Shown here: positions 37,286 through 49,452 of the stretch, piece by piece
How the letters are laid out: every line of letters begins with the position of its first letter
Numbering within the stretch: the first letter of the stretch is position 1
Assembly: GCF_032191835.1 (NCBI RefSeq)
Contig: NC_083228.1
Coordinates: 33,976,001-34,040,000 of the forward strand
Direction: 5' to 3'
Source: Heteronotia binoei
Lineage: Eukaryota
DNA length: 64,000 nt
Position numbers and translations under genes: made by a program
Notes under the pieces: model-generated
Told to the model about the DNA's origin: nothing
Databases searched by the model: none
The model's input: the letters and a program-made list of their open reading frames with translations, nothing else

Positions 37286-39583
37286 GTGAGAGTTTCTGGG
37301 GGGCTTTTGTTCATGGCTGTCACCCTTTTAAACCCCAACTTAAAAAGATTCATGCACGCCCGAGCCCTGATTGACTCCGGGTGCACAAGAGACATTATCA
37401 CCCCACGTTTGGTGGACGCGCTTGGGCTGGCCACGTCCCCTCTGCCCCACCCCATTCAATTCGAACAGATGGACGGGTCGACCATGAGGGGGGAACCCTG
37501 TACACTAGAGACTCAGGCAACCCCGGTGGGCACCGAAGAGCATTGGGGCATAGAAACTTTCGTCATAGCCCCCTCATGCTCTTTCGACGTGGTAGTAGGA
37601 TCGGGGTGGTTAGCGAAACACCAGCCGGACATCCGCTGGGCTGAACAAATTGTGAGGTTCCCGGACTGGCAGTGTGAACACCACCACTGGAGGCCCGAGT
37701 GGGGCCCGAAAGCACCCCCCCAAAATGAGAGACTCTGCCTCACGCTTGAGGAGGTGGGATCGATCCCCAAGGAATACAGGGATTTGAAAAAAGCATTTAG
37801 TGAGCGGGAAGCGGATGAACTCCCCCCGCATCGCCCTACGGACTGTGCCATCGAACTAATTCCAGGGCAGACACTACCAAAGGCAAAATTATACTCGATG
37901 GGATGGGCAGAGAAAGCAGAGCTGAGAAAATTCATTGACAAAAATTTGAAACGAGGTTTCATCCGCCCCGCGACGGCCCCCCACGCCGCCCCGGTACTCT
38001 TTCGTAAGAAGAAGGATGGGGGGCTTAGACTTTGCACAGATTTTCGCGGGATAAACGGGATTTCTATGTCAAATGCTTATCCGATCCCGCTGATAAGGGA
38101 CTTGTTGAACACGGTGGCAGAGGGCAAAATCTTCACTAAACTCGACCTCCGAGACGCGTACTTCCGCGTAAGGATTAAGGAGGGAGATGAGTGGAAGACG
38201 GCGTTCAATACCCCCATGGGACAATTTGAGTATCTAGTGATGCCATTTGGACTCCAGGGCGCGCCAGGGGTCTTTATGAACTTTATCAATGAAGTCTTAA
38301 GAGAGTTTTTGTTCAAAGGGGTGGTGGTGTACCTTGATGACATCATTATTTATTCAAAAGACCTTGAGTCGCATGTGCCATTGGTTAGAAAAGTACTAAC
38401 TACGTTGTGTAAGAACAAATTGTATGCTAAACTGTCCAAGTGTGAGTTCCACAAAACGGAACTAGACTACCTGGGGTTCCGAGTGTCGGGGGAAGGGCTG
38501 GCGATGGACCCCGCCAAAATCCAAGCAGTTCTAGACTGGGAACCACCCCGAACCCGACGGCAGCTACAATCTTTCCTCGGGTTCGCAAATTTTTATCGCG
38601 GGTTCATCAAGGGGTTCGCCCAAGTGATGCTCCCCCTCACCGAACTGCTTAAGACGAAGGGGAGGGGGGAGGCAGCGAAAAAACCCGGAGCGCAGCTAGT
38701 CTGGACGCCGGAATGCCACCGAGCTTTCCAAGAGCTCAAACAGCTCTTCACCTCTGAACCAATATTGGCTCACCCCAATGAATTAAAACCGTTCGTGGTC
38801 CAATGCGACGCTTCCGACGTCGCCGTAGGAGCCATATTGATGCAGAGGAACGAAGAGGGGGAACTGCGTCCCTGCGCTTACATTTCTCACAAGTTCTCCA
38901 ATGAACAAAGAAATTGGTCAGTGTGGGACAAAGAGGCGTTTGCTGTGATGTTTGCCCTGAAAACTTGGAGGTCTTGGTTAGAGGGAGCCCGCGTCCCGTT
39001 TGAGATCTGGACGGACCACAAAAACCTAGAGGCCCTCACGGGACGCCGCAAATTAACCGCCAAGCAAATCCGGTGGGCAGGGTTCTTTGCCAAATTTGAC
39101 TTTGTGCTAAAGCACATCCCGGGCACCAAGAACTTTTTAGCCGACGCACTATCACGCATGCCCCAGCATGATAGTCAGCGAGAGGAAGTCATTGATTCCC
39201 TCGTTCCCCCCTCGGCCGTTGCAGGGGGGGTCACCACCCGCTCGGGGAAAAAGACAGAGGTCCCGATTCCCCTCCCCATTGAACGCTTAGCCTCTGAGAC
39301 TGACTTAGAAGGAACAGAACGCCCCGATGGGCTGGAGCAAGGGGAGGGGGGACTGTGGCTTCACAAGGGAAAGATTTATGTACCTAAATCCATGAGGAAA
39401 GAAGTCTTAGAACAAAGCCACTCCAGCCGCCTGGCAGGGCACTTCGGGTACGTAAAAACCCTACATCTAGTTACCCGACAGTTCTGGTGGCCGAAACTAA
39501 AACGAGATGTCTCGGAGTTTGTGTTGGCGTGCCCCACGTGCATCATGTCCAAAAGAAGGGGGGGAAGCCTCCCGGCCACCTAG
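37286..39583 (+). CDS. Gypsy pol, part 1: protease-RT-RNase H-integrase HHCC
   Basis: LIDSG; PFGLQGAP; VYLDDI; CDASD; WTDHKNL; H-x6-H...CPTC. Confidence 0.95.
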   Translation: MRVSGGLLFMAVTLLNPNLKRFMHARALIDSGCTRDIITPRLVDALGLATSPLPHPIQFEQMDGSTMRGEPCTLETQATPVGTEEHWGIETFVIAPSCSFDVVVGSGWLAKHQPDIRWAEQIVRFPDWQCEHHHWRPEWGPKAPPQNERLCLTLEEVGSIPKEYRDLKKAFSEREADELPPHRPTDCAIELIPGQTLPKAKLYSMGWAEKAELRKFIDKNLKRGFIRPATAPHAAPVLFRKKKDGGLRLCTDFRGINGISMSNAYPIPLIRDLLNTVAEGKIFTKLDLRDAYFRVRIKEGDEWKTAFNTPMGQFEYLVMPFGLQGAPGVFMNFINEVLREFLFKGVVVYLDDIIIYSKDLESHVPLVRKVLTTLCKNKLYAKLSKCEFHKTELDYLGFRVSGEGLAMDPAKIQAVLDWEPPRTRRQLQSFLGFANFYRGFIKGFAQVMLPLTELLKTKGRGEAAKKPGAQLVWTPECHRAFQELKQLFTSEPILAHPNELKPFVVQCDASDVAVGAILMQRNEEGELRPCAYISHKFSNEQRNWSVWDKEAFAVMFALKTWRSWLEGARVPFEIWTDHKNLEALTGRRKLTAKQIRWAGFFAKFDFVLKHIPGTKNFLADALSRMPQHDSQREEVIDSLVPPSAVAGGVTTRSGKKTEVPIPLPIERLASETDLEGTERPDGLEQGEGGLWLHKGKIYVPKSMRKEVLEQSHSSRLAGHFGYVKTLHLVTRQFWWPKLKRDVSEFVLACPTCIMSKRRGGSLPAT

Positions 39584-40740
39584 TCCCCCTCCCTACCGCG
39601 AGCTGCCCCTGGGCCGTGGTATCTATGGATTTCATAGTAGAGCTCCCCCCGTCACAAGGGAAAACGGTTATATTGGTGGTAGTGGACACCTTTTCTAAGC
39701 AAGCCCACTTCATCCCATGCAAGAAATTGCCCACAGCCCGGAAGCTAGCCCAGCTTTTCTTTAATCACGTGGTACGCCTACACTCGTTCCCTGAGAAGGT
39801 CATTAGTGACCGCGGGCCGCAGTTCGTTGCCAACTTCTGGCGGGAGTTTTGCAAGCTAGCTGGCACCGAACAAGGTCTTAGTTCTGCCTACCACCCGCAG
39901 ACGGACGGACAGACTGAGAGAGTGAACGGGCTTCTGGAACAATATCTAAGATGTTACATTAACTACCAGCAAACAAACTGGGTAGACCTCTTGCCTTTCG
40001 CAGAATACGGCTATAACAACAGCTTTCACAGTTCCACCAAAACTTCCCCCTTTCAGATAGTGAACGGTTACGAGGGGAAGCCCTTCCCAAACCTCCCCCT
40101 CCCCGCAGGACCGGCCGAACCCACCTCGTGCCAGCAGTGGTGGGAGGGGATAAAAGCAAGTTGGAAAGTAATACAAGAAAACCTGGAGGAAGCAAAAAGG
40201 GAATATAAGAGGCACTTTGACAAAAAACACGCCCCCCAATGGGAGTTGAAGGAGGGTGAGACTGTGTTTCTATCCACCAAGAATCTGCCCCTGCCCCAAG
40301 GGTGTCGCAAACTTGCTTTAAAATACCTAGGGCCATTCAAAATCAAGAAGGTGATCAATAAGGTGACTGTGGAGTTGGAACTGCCCAAATCCTTGAGTAA
40401 GATCCACCCTGTTTTTCATTGCAGCCTTCTTCGCAAGGATCCTGGAGCTACGCAATTCCATCCTCGTCCCCCGGAGCCGCCTCCGACTATAGTGAAGGGT
40501 CAGAGTCACCATGAGGTGCTAGAAATTCTGGACTCTAAGGTCCAAAGGGGGACGCTATATTACCTGATAAGATGGAAACACTTTCCTCCTAGTTGTGATG
40601 AATGGGTGAAGGCTAGTGATGTATCTGCACCGCAATTACTCAAAAAATTTCACCTACTGTACCCACACAAGCCCAAGCCGAAGAGCTTAGGGGGGGGCAG
40701 TATGTCAGAACTTGTAACTTTATGTGCTTTGCTTGACTAA
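39565..40740 (+). CDS. Gypsy pol, part 2: integrase DDE core, GPY/F motif, chromodomain (out of frame with part 1 by a 1-nt loss in the G7 run at 39558-39564)
   Basis: SMDFIVELP; ISDRGPQF; TDGQTERVN; YLGPF; YLIRWKHF..DEW. Confidence 0.93.
   Translation, partial: KPPGHLVPLPTASCPWAVVSMDFIVELPPSQGKTVILVVVDTFSKQAHFIPCKKLPTARKLAQLFFNHVVRLHSFPEKVISDRGPQFVANFWREFCKLAGTEQGLSSAYHPQTDGQTERVNGLLEQYLRCYINYQQTNWVDLLPFAEYGYNNSFHSSTKTSPFQIVNGYEGKPFPNLPLPAGPAEPTSCQQWWEGIKASWKVIQENLEEAKREYKRHFDKKHAPQWELKEGETVFLSTKNLPLPQGCRKLALKYLGPFKIKKVINKVTVELELPKSLSKIHPVFHCSLLRKDPGATQFHPRPPEPPPTIVKGQSHHEVLEILDSKVQRGTLYYLIRWKHFPPSCDEWVKASDVSAPQLLKKFHLLYPHKPKPKSLGGGSMSELVTLCALLD
40689..40700 (+). promoter_or_regulatory. Polypurine tract
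   Basis: AGGGGGGGGCAG, 2 nt before the LTR start. Confidence 0.85.
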
Positions 40741-41123
40741 ACTGACTCCATGTTGTAACTCTAAGTGCCTGACAGCGGTCATTGACCCAGGCCCCTTTGC
40801 TATGCAAAATATTTAGGGTGTTAAGACAGGCGGCAGAAAGTCTCTGCTCAATATCCACAGGTGCCCTTTGAAGCCGGGCCGTTTGGCCTTCGCAATAGGG
40901 GGGCATCCTCCTTCGCTGATAACGAAGGCTGGGAAGAAGAGACAAGCTCTGTGAGCCCATGTGAATTATCGTTTTATTATGCTTTGCTGTGGGCATAAAA
41001 TGTAACCAAGTGCCCAGACTCGCCATTACTGTTATTTCGTTTCTATAGTACTGTTGTTCTTCAATAAAGATCCTAACTTGTAACAAGTATTGGACTCGCT
41101 TGAAGTTCCTCCAAGTTCTGACA
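40703..41123 (+). repeat. 3' LTR (421 bp)
   Basis: Perfect 12-bp terminal inverted repeat TGTCAGAACTTG/CAAGTTCTGACA; AATAAA at 41063-41068. Confidence 0.93.
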
Positions 41124-41369
41124 CACAGGACCTTTGGATGTGTACTTGTCACTACTGGTGGTGGTTTTCCTTCAGGCCTCATGTTCTGCACTGCGCAGAG
41201 AGTAAGAAACATATTTCCCTCTGGTAAAGGGTAAAGAACCATGAGAAGCACAGGGACAAGAAAAAGTAATGGTCAGCACCTATCAGAGACAACATTCTGC
41301 TAGCTTGGACACTCTGAGGCTGAATAAGTAACTGTTATCGTAAGCAGAGTGAAACATGGGAAATGTTTG

Positions 41370-41500
41370 CAGCAGTTTTCAAGACAAGAGATGTTCAGAA
41401 GTTGTTTGCCATTGCCTGCCTGTGTCATCACCTGGTATTCCTTGGAGGTCTCCCATCCAAATACTAGCCAGGGTTGACTCTGCTTAATTTCTAAGATCTG
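41370..41500 (-). mobile_element. 5S-headed SINE with BovB-like tail
   Basis: GGTCTCCCATCCAAATACTAGCCAGG is the reverse complement of the 5S box C region; TTTGCCATTGCC tail. Confidence 0.7.
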
Positions 41501-44500
41501 AGGAGATTGAACTATCATGCCTTTTTCATGTCTTATGTTTCATGTAGCATGTTTCATGTTCATAGAAGTCATTGTCATTTGGAAGAAAGAAATTCATCCT
41601 TTTTAACTGGTGTTTTATTTATTTGCTTGTTTGTTTTATTTACTACATTAATAGTCTGCCTTTCTCACCAAGATTCAAAGTGGATCGCACTATGTAAATT
41701 GATACTATCAATATGACAAAGCATCTAATAAGCAATGCACTAGGACTAATATTACAGAAATATGAATAAGCATGTATTTACACATGATACAGAGTGCTGA
41801 TACAATGCAGGAAAACCCCGAAGAATATCCACTATAGTAACAGCTCCACATTTGCCATGGTGAATGCTAGTCTCTCTGATGATGATTCTTTCTTATGAAC
41901 AGCCACCACAAATATTCTTTCACCAGAGTTTTCAATCCAGAGTACCACTGAAAACTTTGGGGAAAAGGGATCCTATTTTTCATACTGGGCATTTACAGAA
42001 GGGTGTTTGCAGAAGGTAGAGAAACAATGCAGGTCTTTCTTACTTTTTCTTCTTCTTAGGGACAGGAAAAAGAAGACTCAGTGGTGGTCACAAATAATGA
42101 CTAGTTACTGTGCTGAGCCAGAATATGTGGACCCCTGTGTACAAAGTGCTTTGCTATTGCATTATACATTGATTTTTTTAATATGTGCCTCATTGCAGAC
42201 AGGTAGCTATTGTTGTGGGTGGATTGATCTGTTTTAGTAGTTGTTGGGCATTCCTGGTAGGAGAGTTTGACTCAGAAAATCATTGTAAACTATGAGGACC
42301 ATGTAAGGATTTTTTTTTAAACTCAGTTATTTGCTCTGTATGCTGTACTTCTACCACAGACCTTTTATCATTAGAAATATTACTTATCCAAGAGGCAGTG
42401 ACATTGACTGCCTTTGCTTCAGTAGCATGACCTTATATTCTCTCAAAATCACTCCTTGTTCGTCTACATTTTGTCAGAGGTTGTGGATTTGTTTAAAAGG
42501 AAAGGTTCTGGGGGTGGTGCATTATGTTGTCATTTTGACACATGGAGCCAAAATAAGTCAGCAGCCATAGACCTTTCTGTACTCCTCACAATGCAGTGAA
42601 CTAGATTAGCTTCAGTGGTGTGATATGTATGACTTTTTGAACTCATGATTTATATTTCATTGTTCTTTGCTAGGCTTAAATTACATTTCTAGTAAGTAAA
42701 ATTCTATAATGGTGTCAGGAAAAGAATTGCCAGTGAGACTGGTAGCAAATCTTTAGAAACACTGTGAAGTTCCAGAAACATCTGCCTTCATGCATCTGTC
42801 TTAAAAGTAATCCAATGTTTTTAATGTATTTGATGGCTTTTTAAAAAAGATGGTTTATACGTGATTAATTTTTTAAAAAATGTGTTTATATAATATCAAA
42901 TATCCTCAACATATTCATTTCCAGTGACTTCAGTGCACTTAGAAAAGTGTAGCTCCATTTAGTATGGCACTGAACATTTCTGAACATGGTTGAAAAAAAT
43001 CCTCAGAAGATTAGAGAGAGTCCTCAAAGAAAAGACAAGTAATTACAGCCTTCCTCCAGAGAGTTTGCCCATCATTACTGCTGATTTTCTGCAGTATTCA
43101 GTCCCAAGAGACAATTATAAACAGCTGTGCTCTTTTCGCTTGGGGCAGCAGGTAGCTCCAACAATCTTGGCCATTCCCCTTATAATCTGAGCATACGTCC
43201 AAGAACATGACCCAGAACCCTCTTTGATGTGCAAAGATTTTTCAACAGAGAAATATTGAAAGAGCTCCCTAGAATAGAAAATTGGAAAACCACTGAGTTG
43301 CAGGCTCTCTCTGGAAAGCAAGACGTCAACAAATGGCCACGACTGTATCTTAGGAAGAGTATGAAGTCAGAAGCTGACTAATCAGCTTGACAGGTATTAG
43401 ACAGCCTCTGCCCTTTGTGTCCTTCTTCTGGTGCAGCGAGGACAGTCAACAACAGATGTGTTCTGTCTTTAATGTCCCACTGCTTGATTTAAAGCTCCCA
43501 AATACCAGCTTTACCTTTGTTTTTGCAAAGATGTCAGTGCCTTACACAGTGTGCAAGTAAAACCACTGCCTGACTATCTAGGGTCATGTGATTGCCAGTC
43601 CTTTCATGCTGACTGATTTCTAGAGTTCTCCAATGCCTACTTAGAAGATCAATAGCCCGTAAAATGGGGGTGCTTCCCCCCCCACTTGAAACTTGGCAGG
43701 AATTATCTGTTGGATTGAGAGGTTCAGTGCCTGAGAATTCCATCACAATACAGTGGAAAGCAAGCATGTTTCAATGACCTGAAATGAATGGAAAGTAACT
43801 GGAAAGTTTTTAAAAATGCAATCCAAACAGAGGCAGTAATGAAAACAAATATGAACAGGATACTAAAAAAACCAAATTGAGCTTCTGCTTTTTTTTAGAT
43901 GGGGGTGTTGGCTCAGTCTTTCCAATTGTTTCTCATTTTGTGAGTATATACATTGGAAAGTTGTCCTAGAAAGGCTGTGAATCATGCAGGAGGTAAACCT
44001 GCTTTTGATTCTGAAAATACTGCATGTTCAAATGGAATGAAGCTTCGCTTTTCTAGGTTGCAAGATGAAATGCATAGCTGGAATGATTGCTAATTTAATC
44101 TATAAAATCCTAGCCCCTTGTAAACTCTAATTAGTTTATTCATTTCTCTTAATCCCAGGAGCAGTATCGCAGCGAACAGAAGGTTACAATGGCAAGTTTC
44201 TGTTAAAGCAACATTTTCTTACAACTTGCAGAACAATTTTTTTTATTAAAATTAAAACTCCTATCAAGTTGTTTAAGATGTTTGGTGACATCTTCAGATC
44301 CCTGACTAAAAAGAACACATTCTTAAAGAATGTATAGGCAATTCATATTTCTTATATTATTCATATAGCCCTGCCATTGTATCTGGTCAAAGAGAGCACT
44401 GCCCCCATTATGGTCTAGGAGTTGAAAGGCATAACACTGCAATAGGCTTCAGATGCACCGTAAAGAGATATAGGAACAGCATCTAAACATCTTTAACATC

Positions 44501-45361
44501 TTCTTTCTAAATTCTTACAAGCTATTTCTTGGTTTGCATTAGAAAGCATTTATGAGCTTCAAAGGATGTTCCTCATTCTCAGATGAAAGCTATAGGCATC
44601 CATGCATTATTCATAAATCAGTTGGTAAAGACTTCAACTATTTATATGATAATTGATGATAGCGCTATGGGAATATAAATAGTCCTGAGCACAAATAAAT
44701 ATCCCTTTTTGAGGTGGACTATCAGGAGACTTCTTGTTTGTATCGGAGAACATTCAAAACTGGAATGTATCTAGGTTTTGTTGTTTTTTTTTTTAAACTG
44801 TCATGATATCTCTACTTCACTGTGTACTAGTCAATCAAACAGAATAAAAAAGAAAGTCCCTTTATATACCTAACTTTTGATGATGAGTATGTTTTTAAAA
44901 CTTTTTTGTTAGGGTCATTATTTTCTTGAGCTTTGCCAGCTTTCTGGTTTTACAAAGGTTAAACATTTTAGGTAACATTTAGAAGATTTTCATTTTGTTC
45001 AGCTGTATTATTAGTATGAGTGCACAAAGTGGATTTAAATTGTTTTGTCTGCAGTAATGTTCCAGCTATCTGCACACAAGTCAATCTGTCCTCCTCCCAT
45101 TGAATCATGGCAATATGGGGGAGGGGAGATCATCAGTATGCTGAAAAGGAGGAGTAGATAATTGGCTGTGATCTTGGTGAATCTGTTAGTTTTCTTTGGC
45201 ACCCAAATTCTACCTGCCCTTAGAAAAACCTGTAAAAGAACGGCTACCTTCAGGTTACTGTGACATCAGCACACTATACATCAATCAGCTCCCTCATTCT
45301 GCTCACATATTTGCATTCTGAAAAATTCTGAGCTCTGCTTGGCAAGGAGAAACACAAGCAG

Positions 45362-45790
45362 ATAAGAACGTAAGAGAAGCCATGTTGGATCAGGCCAATG
45401 GCCCATCCAGTCCAACACTCTGTATCACACAGTGCTCCATATTTTTATCTAACCCCCTCTTGAAGCTGGCTATGCTTGTAGCCGCCACCACCTCCTGTGG
45501 CAGTGAATTCCACATGTTAATCACCCTTTGGGTGAAGAAGTACCTCCTTTTATCCATTCTAACCCGACTGCTCAGCAATTTCATTGAATGCCCATGAGTT
45601 CTTGTATTGTGAGAAAGGGAGAAAAGTACTTCTTCCTCTACCTTCTCCATCCCATGCATAATCTTGTAAACCTCTATCATGTCACCCCGCAGTCGACGTT
45701 TCTCCAAACTAAAGAGCCTCAAGCGTTTTAACCTTTCTTCATAGGGAAAGTGTTCCAAACCTTTAATCATTCTAGTTGCCCTTTACTGCA
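45362..45790 (-). mobile_element. CR1 3' fragment
   Basis: MIKGLEHFPYEERLKRLRLFSLEKRRLRGDMIEVYK...FFTQRVINMWNSLP plus the CR1 tail. Confidence 0.93.
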
Positions 45791-46551
45791 CTTTTTTTTC
45801 TGCACAGATATAGCTCTGGGTGTCAGAAAGCTAAAAATGAACATATCTGCCAGAGAGGGAAAAGTGACAAGCCTTGTGCAAGTGTGTGCAAAGGGAAAGA
45901 ATGGTAGAGAATAAAGAAAGGGTATTTTGGCAGGGACTAATCCATTCAGAGGAAGGGAAGAGCCGCAACTTGGAGAAAGGCTGCTAAGGAGGGATATGAT
46001 GCTGGGTGGCAATTTGTCAACACTGAGTGGCATGGTGTATTTCAAAGATTCTGAATCAATTTACCAGAAAAATAACCAGAAATATTGTTGTCATAGTTGT
46101 GCATTTAGAGTGGTTTATGGATTGGGTGGGGGAGATCAATATTATTAATAACACAATTTCTGTTTCCTGTGACTCCCACTTCCCTGTTGTACACCTGGTC
46201 TCCTGTATCCAGAAGCTCCCCAGTGAGGTGGTCTTTTTTTGACAAGTTGCAGCAAGAACAGCTGCCTTCAGAGCTTCTTGGCAACATGATGACAAGAAAC
46301 GAGACAGCAAAAGAGTGCCAGCTTTGGGAAACGGGAAATGAAGATTGGATGGGAGAGCAATGCAGATACTCTATCTGTTACAAATATTTATTTTTTTTGC
46401 CCCACTAGTACGCTTTAGCCAGTGCAATACTTGACAAAAATCAACAACTTACATCTACTAGGAATAAGGAAATAAGTATTAGCAGCTTTGATGGTACAGT
46501 GTTTTGTAGTCATGAATGAAACTAATGTATATTAGAACAATATAAGGATTT

Positions 46552-47026
46552 ACTAGATTTCTTCAGCTCTCTGATTGAGCAGGAGCTCACAGGAGCACAG
46601 CTCCTGAATCTTTCTGAAGGCTCCCCCTCCTTCCCACCTACCTACCTTGTCCATTGAATAGTAGGTGCAGCTGCATAACAATCTGTGGATTAGGAGCGTG
46701 GGCAGCCAGCCAGCTACCAGGAGCTTTGCCACATACCCAGCAGCCCTCATTAACCATTGGAGAAGCCCATGCCACCCTTTCTCCACTTCTTATGTGATTT
46801 TGGGTGGTGGGTGGTTTGCTAGCCTTTTGACTGGAGGGCGGGCAGCCTAGAAGAGCCCCAGGCAAGCAAGGCCTGATTGGGCTCGCTGGATCTCTAGCCA
46901 GCCCAAGCAGGCTTCATTCGTCTGGGGCTCTCCTTTCTTGCATTGGGTTGTTTTTGGCTGGGGAGCATATGCTAATTAATTATGCTAATGAGCTCCACCA
47001 CCTATTTTTCTGCAAAACGACCCCTG
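46552..47026. mobile_element. hAT-type non-autonomous element (long form of 11567-11725)
   Basis: Shares GGAGCTCACAGGAGCACAGCTCCTGAA and CTATTTTTCT.CAAAACGACCCCTG. Confidence 0.75.
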
Positions 47027-48015
47027 GATTTCTTTAAACTTTCCAACAAGGTTGGTTCCTGCCTTGTAGGGCGACCAAACTCCAGGTGAGGACTGAAGTT
47101 CAGGAATTACAGCTGATCAACAGACTACAAAAATTAATTGCCTTGGGGGGAAATGGCAGCTTTGGAAGATGGATTGTGCTATCACAGACCTGCTGAGCTC
47201 TCTCTTCAAACTTTGCCCTCCTCCAAATCTCCAAGAATTTCTCAAACCACAGCTGGCAGCCCTAGGCTATAAGTGATCAGTTGGGAAAGACCTCAGTGGT
47301 TTCAGTGGGCTCTGGAGAGTTTGAGGAGGAAGTCAGGTCTGTATTATAGGACAACAGAGCATCTGCTTTGATGTCTCTGTGCAACACCTCCATGAAGATA
47401 TAGTGCACCTGTGCCAATCCCAGTCAATAACTTCAACACCTATAGAGAAGGATTTTTGAACCCTTTCCAGTGTCATGCACAAGGGCTCCACTGCACATGC
47501 TTACTAGAAGGGGCACAAAGATTCCACCAGTTCCTTTCTGACCACCATGCTGATAGGATCTTCCTCCTCAACTTGGTCGATAATTTTGCCTTTTTTGTCA
47601 TTTTTTTCCTGGCCCATTTAACACTGCCTGACAGAGGGCAAGAAATTGGATGCCCCGGGGTAACAAGTTTTATTTGGAAGGTGCACTTGACATCAAAACC
47701 TCCAACTATGCCACCTATGTGGGTCACTACCAATATGCCCTATGGGAACAGTTCCCCAGCATCATCGCCTCTCTCCCTGATGATAAGCATCAAGATGCCA
47801 GAAACATTTAGAAGGAGGGGATGCCCCTGGCGAAACTTCAGTTGAATGCTGCCAAATACTCCTTTGATGTATTCTCCAAGACTCTCACATCTGCCATCAC
47901 CTTCTTGGCTATGATACACAGCTCTTCAGCAGGACACCAGAACACTGTTTGAGGGAGAGGGCCTATTCAGCTCTACTAAGGGCACAGTCCTTCAAGACCT
48001 AGACAAAAGTATTAA

Positions 48016-48345
48016 AAACATAAGAGAAGCCATGTTGGATCAGGCCAGTGGCCCATCTAGTCTGACACTCTGTCATACAGTGGCCAAAAAAACCCAGGCA
48101 CCGTCAGGAGGTCCATCTGTGGGGCCAGGACAGTAGAAGTCCTCCTACTGTCCCCCCCCACACCAAGAATACAGAGCATCACTGCCTTAGACAGAGAGTT
48201 CCAACAATACTCTGTGGCTAATAGCCACTGATGGACCGCTGCTCCATATGTTTATCCAATCCCCTCTTGCAGCTGTCTATGCTTGCAGCTGCCACCACCT
48301 CCTGTGGCAGTGAATTCCATGTGTTGTTAACCCCTTGGGTGAAAA
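48016..48345 (-). mobile_element. CR1 3' fragment
   Basis: Same tail as 45362 (AAGAGAAGCCATGTTGGATCAGGCC). Confidence 0.9.
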
Positions 48346-48792
48346 AGTATTAAAATGTCATGCAACTTAGTGGTCTCCACATCTTCAGGAACCTGAAAAT
48401 CAAAGTCCTGGAACAAACCTTGGTCTCATAGACTTTTCAACAAGCAGTCACCAGACCACACCTGGCAGTCTAGATCTCACCAGGACCAACCCCACTCATC
48501 CTATGGATCTAAGCCCAAATTATTTCCTGCCTCATTTGCAGCTGGCAGATCCAAAGTGGGGGAAAACCCCAAACAGAGCATTTGACTCTCCTGGTCAGTC
48601 CCCACATTTAATCATCCAAACCCCCTCCAAACCCCACTCAGCTTCACCCTCACTTACCAACCTAGAGGTGAATCACATTGGACAAGTGGGTCCTCTCCAT
48701 CATTTTGGAGGGGTAGGTACACAATTGAATTTGCTCAGACTCCTACCACTCCTGTCTTCAACACCACTCTGTCTTCTGCTGCACTCCTGGAA

Positions 48793-49002
48793 GGGGGAGG
48801 GACGGTGGCTCAGTGGTAGAGCATCTGCTTGGGAAGCAGAAGGTCCCAGGTTCAATCCCCGGCATCTCCAAAAAAGGGTCCAGGCAAATAGGTGTGAAAA
48901 ACCTCAGCTTGAGACCCTGGAGAGCCGCTGCCAGTCTGAGAAGACAATACTGACTTTGATGGACCAAGGGTCTGATTCAGTATAAGGCAGCTTCACATGT
49001 TC
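48793..49002 (+). mobile_element. tRNA-derived SINE (Squam3-like), near intact
   Basis: A-box TGGCTCAGTGG, B-box GGTTCAATCCC. Confidence 0.9.
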
Positions 49003-49452
49003 AAGGAGTACAGAATCTTCTCACCAAATAAGCCATAGAGCCCATTCCTGGTACCCACCATCACCATGGCTTTTACTCTTGGTAGTATACCATCCCCTAA
49101 AAGAGGGTCTGCACCCAATCAGCGACCCAAGAGCCACCACAAAAAAAAATCCAGATGACTACTCTACACAATATTCTTCTACTTCTTTGGGAAGGGGCAT
49201 GGATGGTGACTCTGGACTTGCAGGATGCTTATTTGCACCTGAAATTTATCCTCTCACCAATACCTCAGATTTGCTTTAGGGGAATTACATTTTCAATAAA
49301 AGGCCCTACCTTTTGGGATTTTGACTACCCCCAGGGTCTTTATAAAGACTATGTTGGTGATAGCTGCCCACCTTCAGCTACAGTGGATAAAGATGTTTCC
49401 CTACATAGGCAACTGGCTCATTGTAGCAGTGTCCCAGTAGATCCTCCTTCAA

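Larger units (their letters stand above)
36300..41123 (+). mobile_element. Young Ty3/Gypsy chromovirus, lacking the 5' LTR/PBS and the gag N-terminus
   Basis: gag-pol-chromodomain order, PPT and 3' LTR present; high CpG content. Confidence 0.97.

Noticed and set aside
39558-39565. Second programmed frameshift in integrase (G GGG GGA)
   Set aside because: Non-canonical heptamer with no obvious stimulator; a homopolymer indel is the simpler explanation.
43330-43470. Possible enhancer with E-boxes (CAAATG, CAGATG)
   Set aside because: Short motifs expected by chance; cannot be supported without conservation data.
48793-48870. tRNA gene
   Set aside because: The A/B boxes belong to a SINE head followed by a SINE body; no complete cloverleaf.
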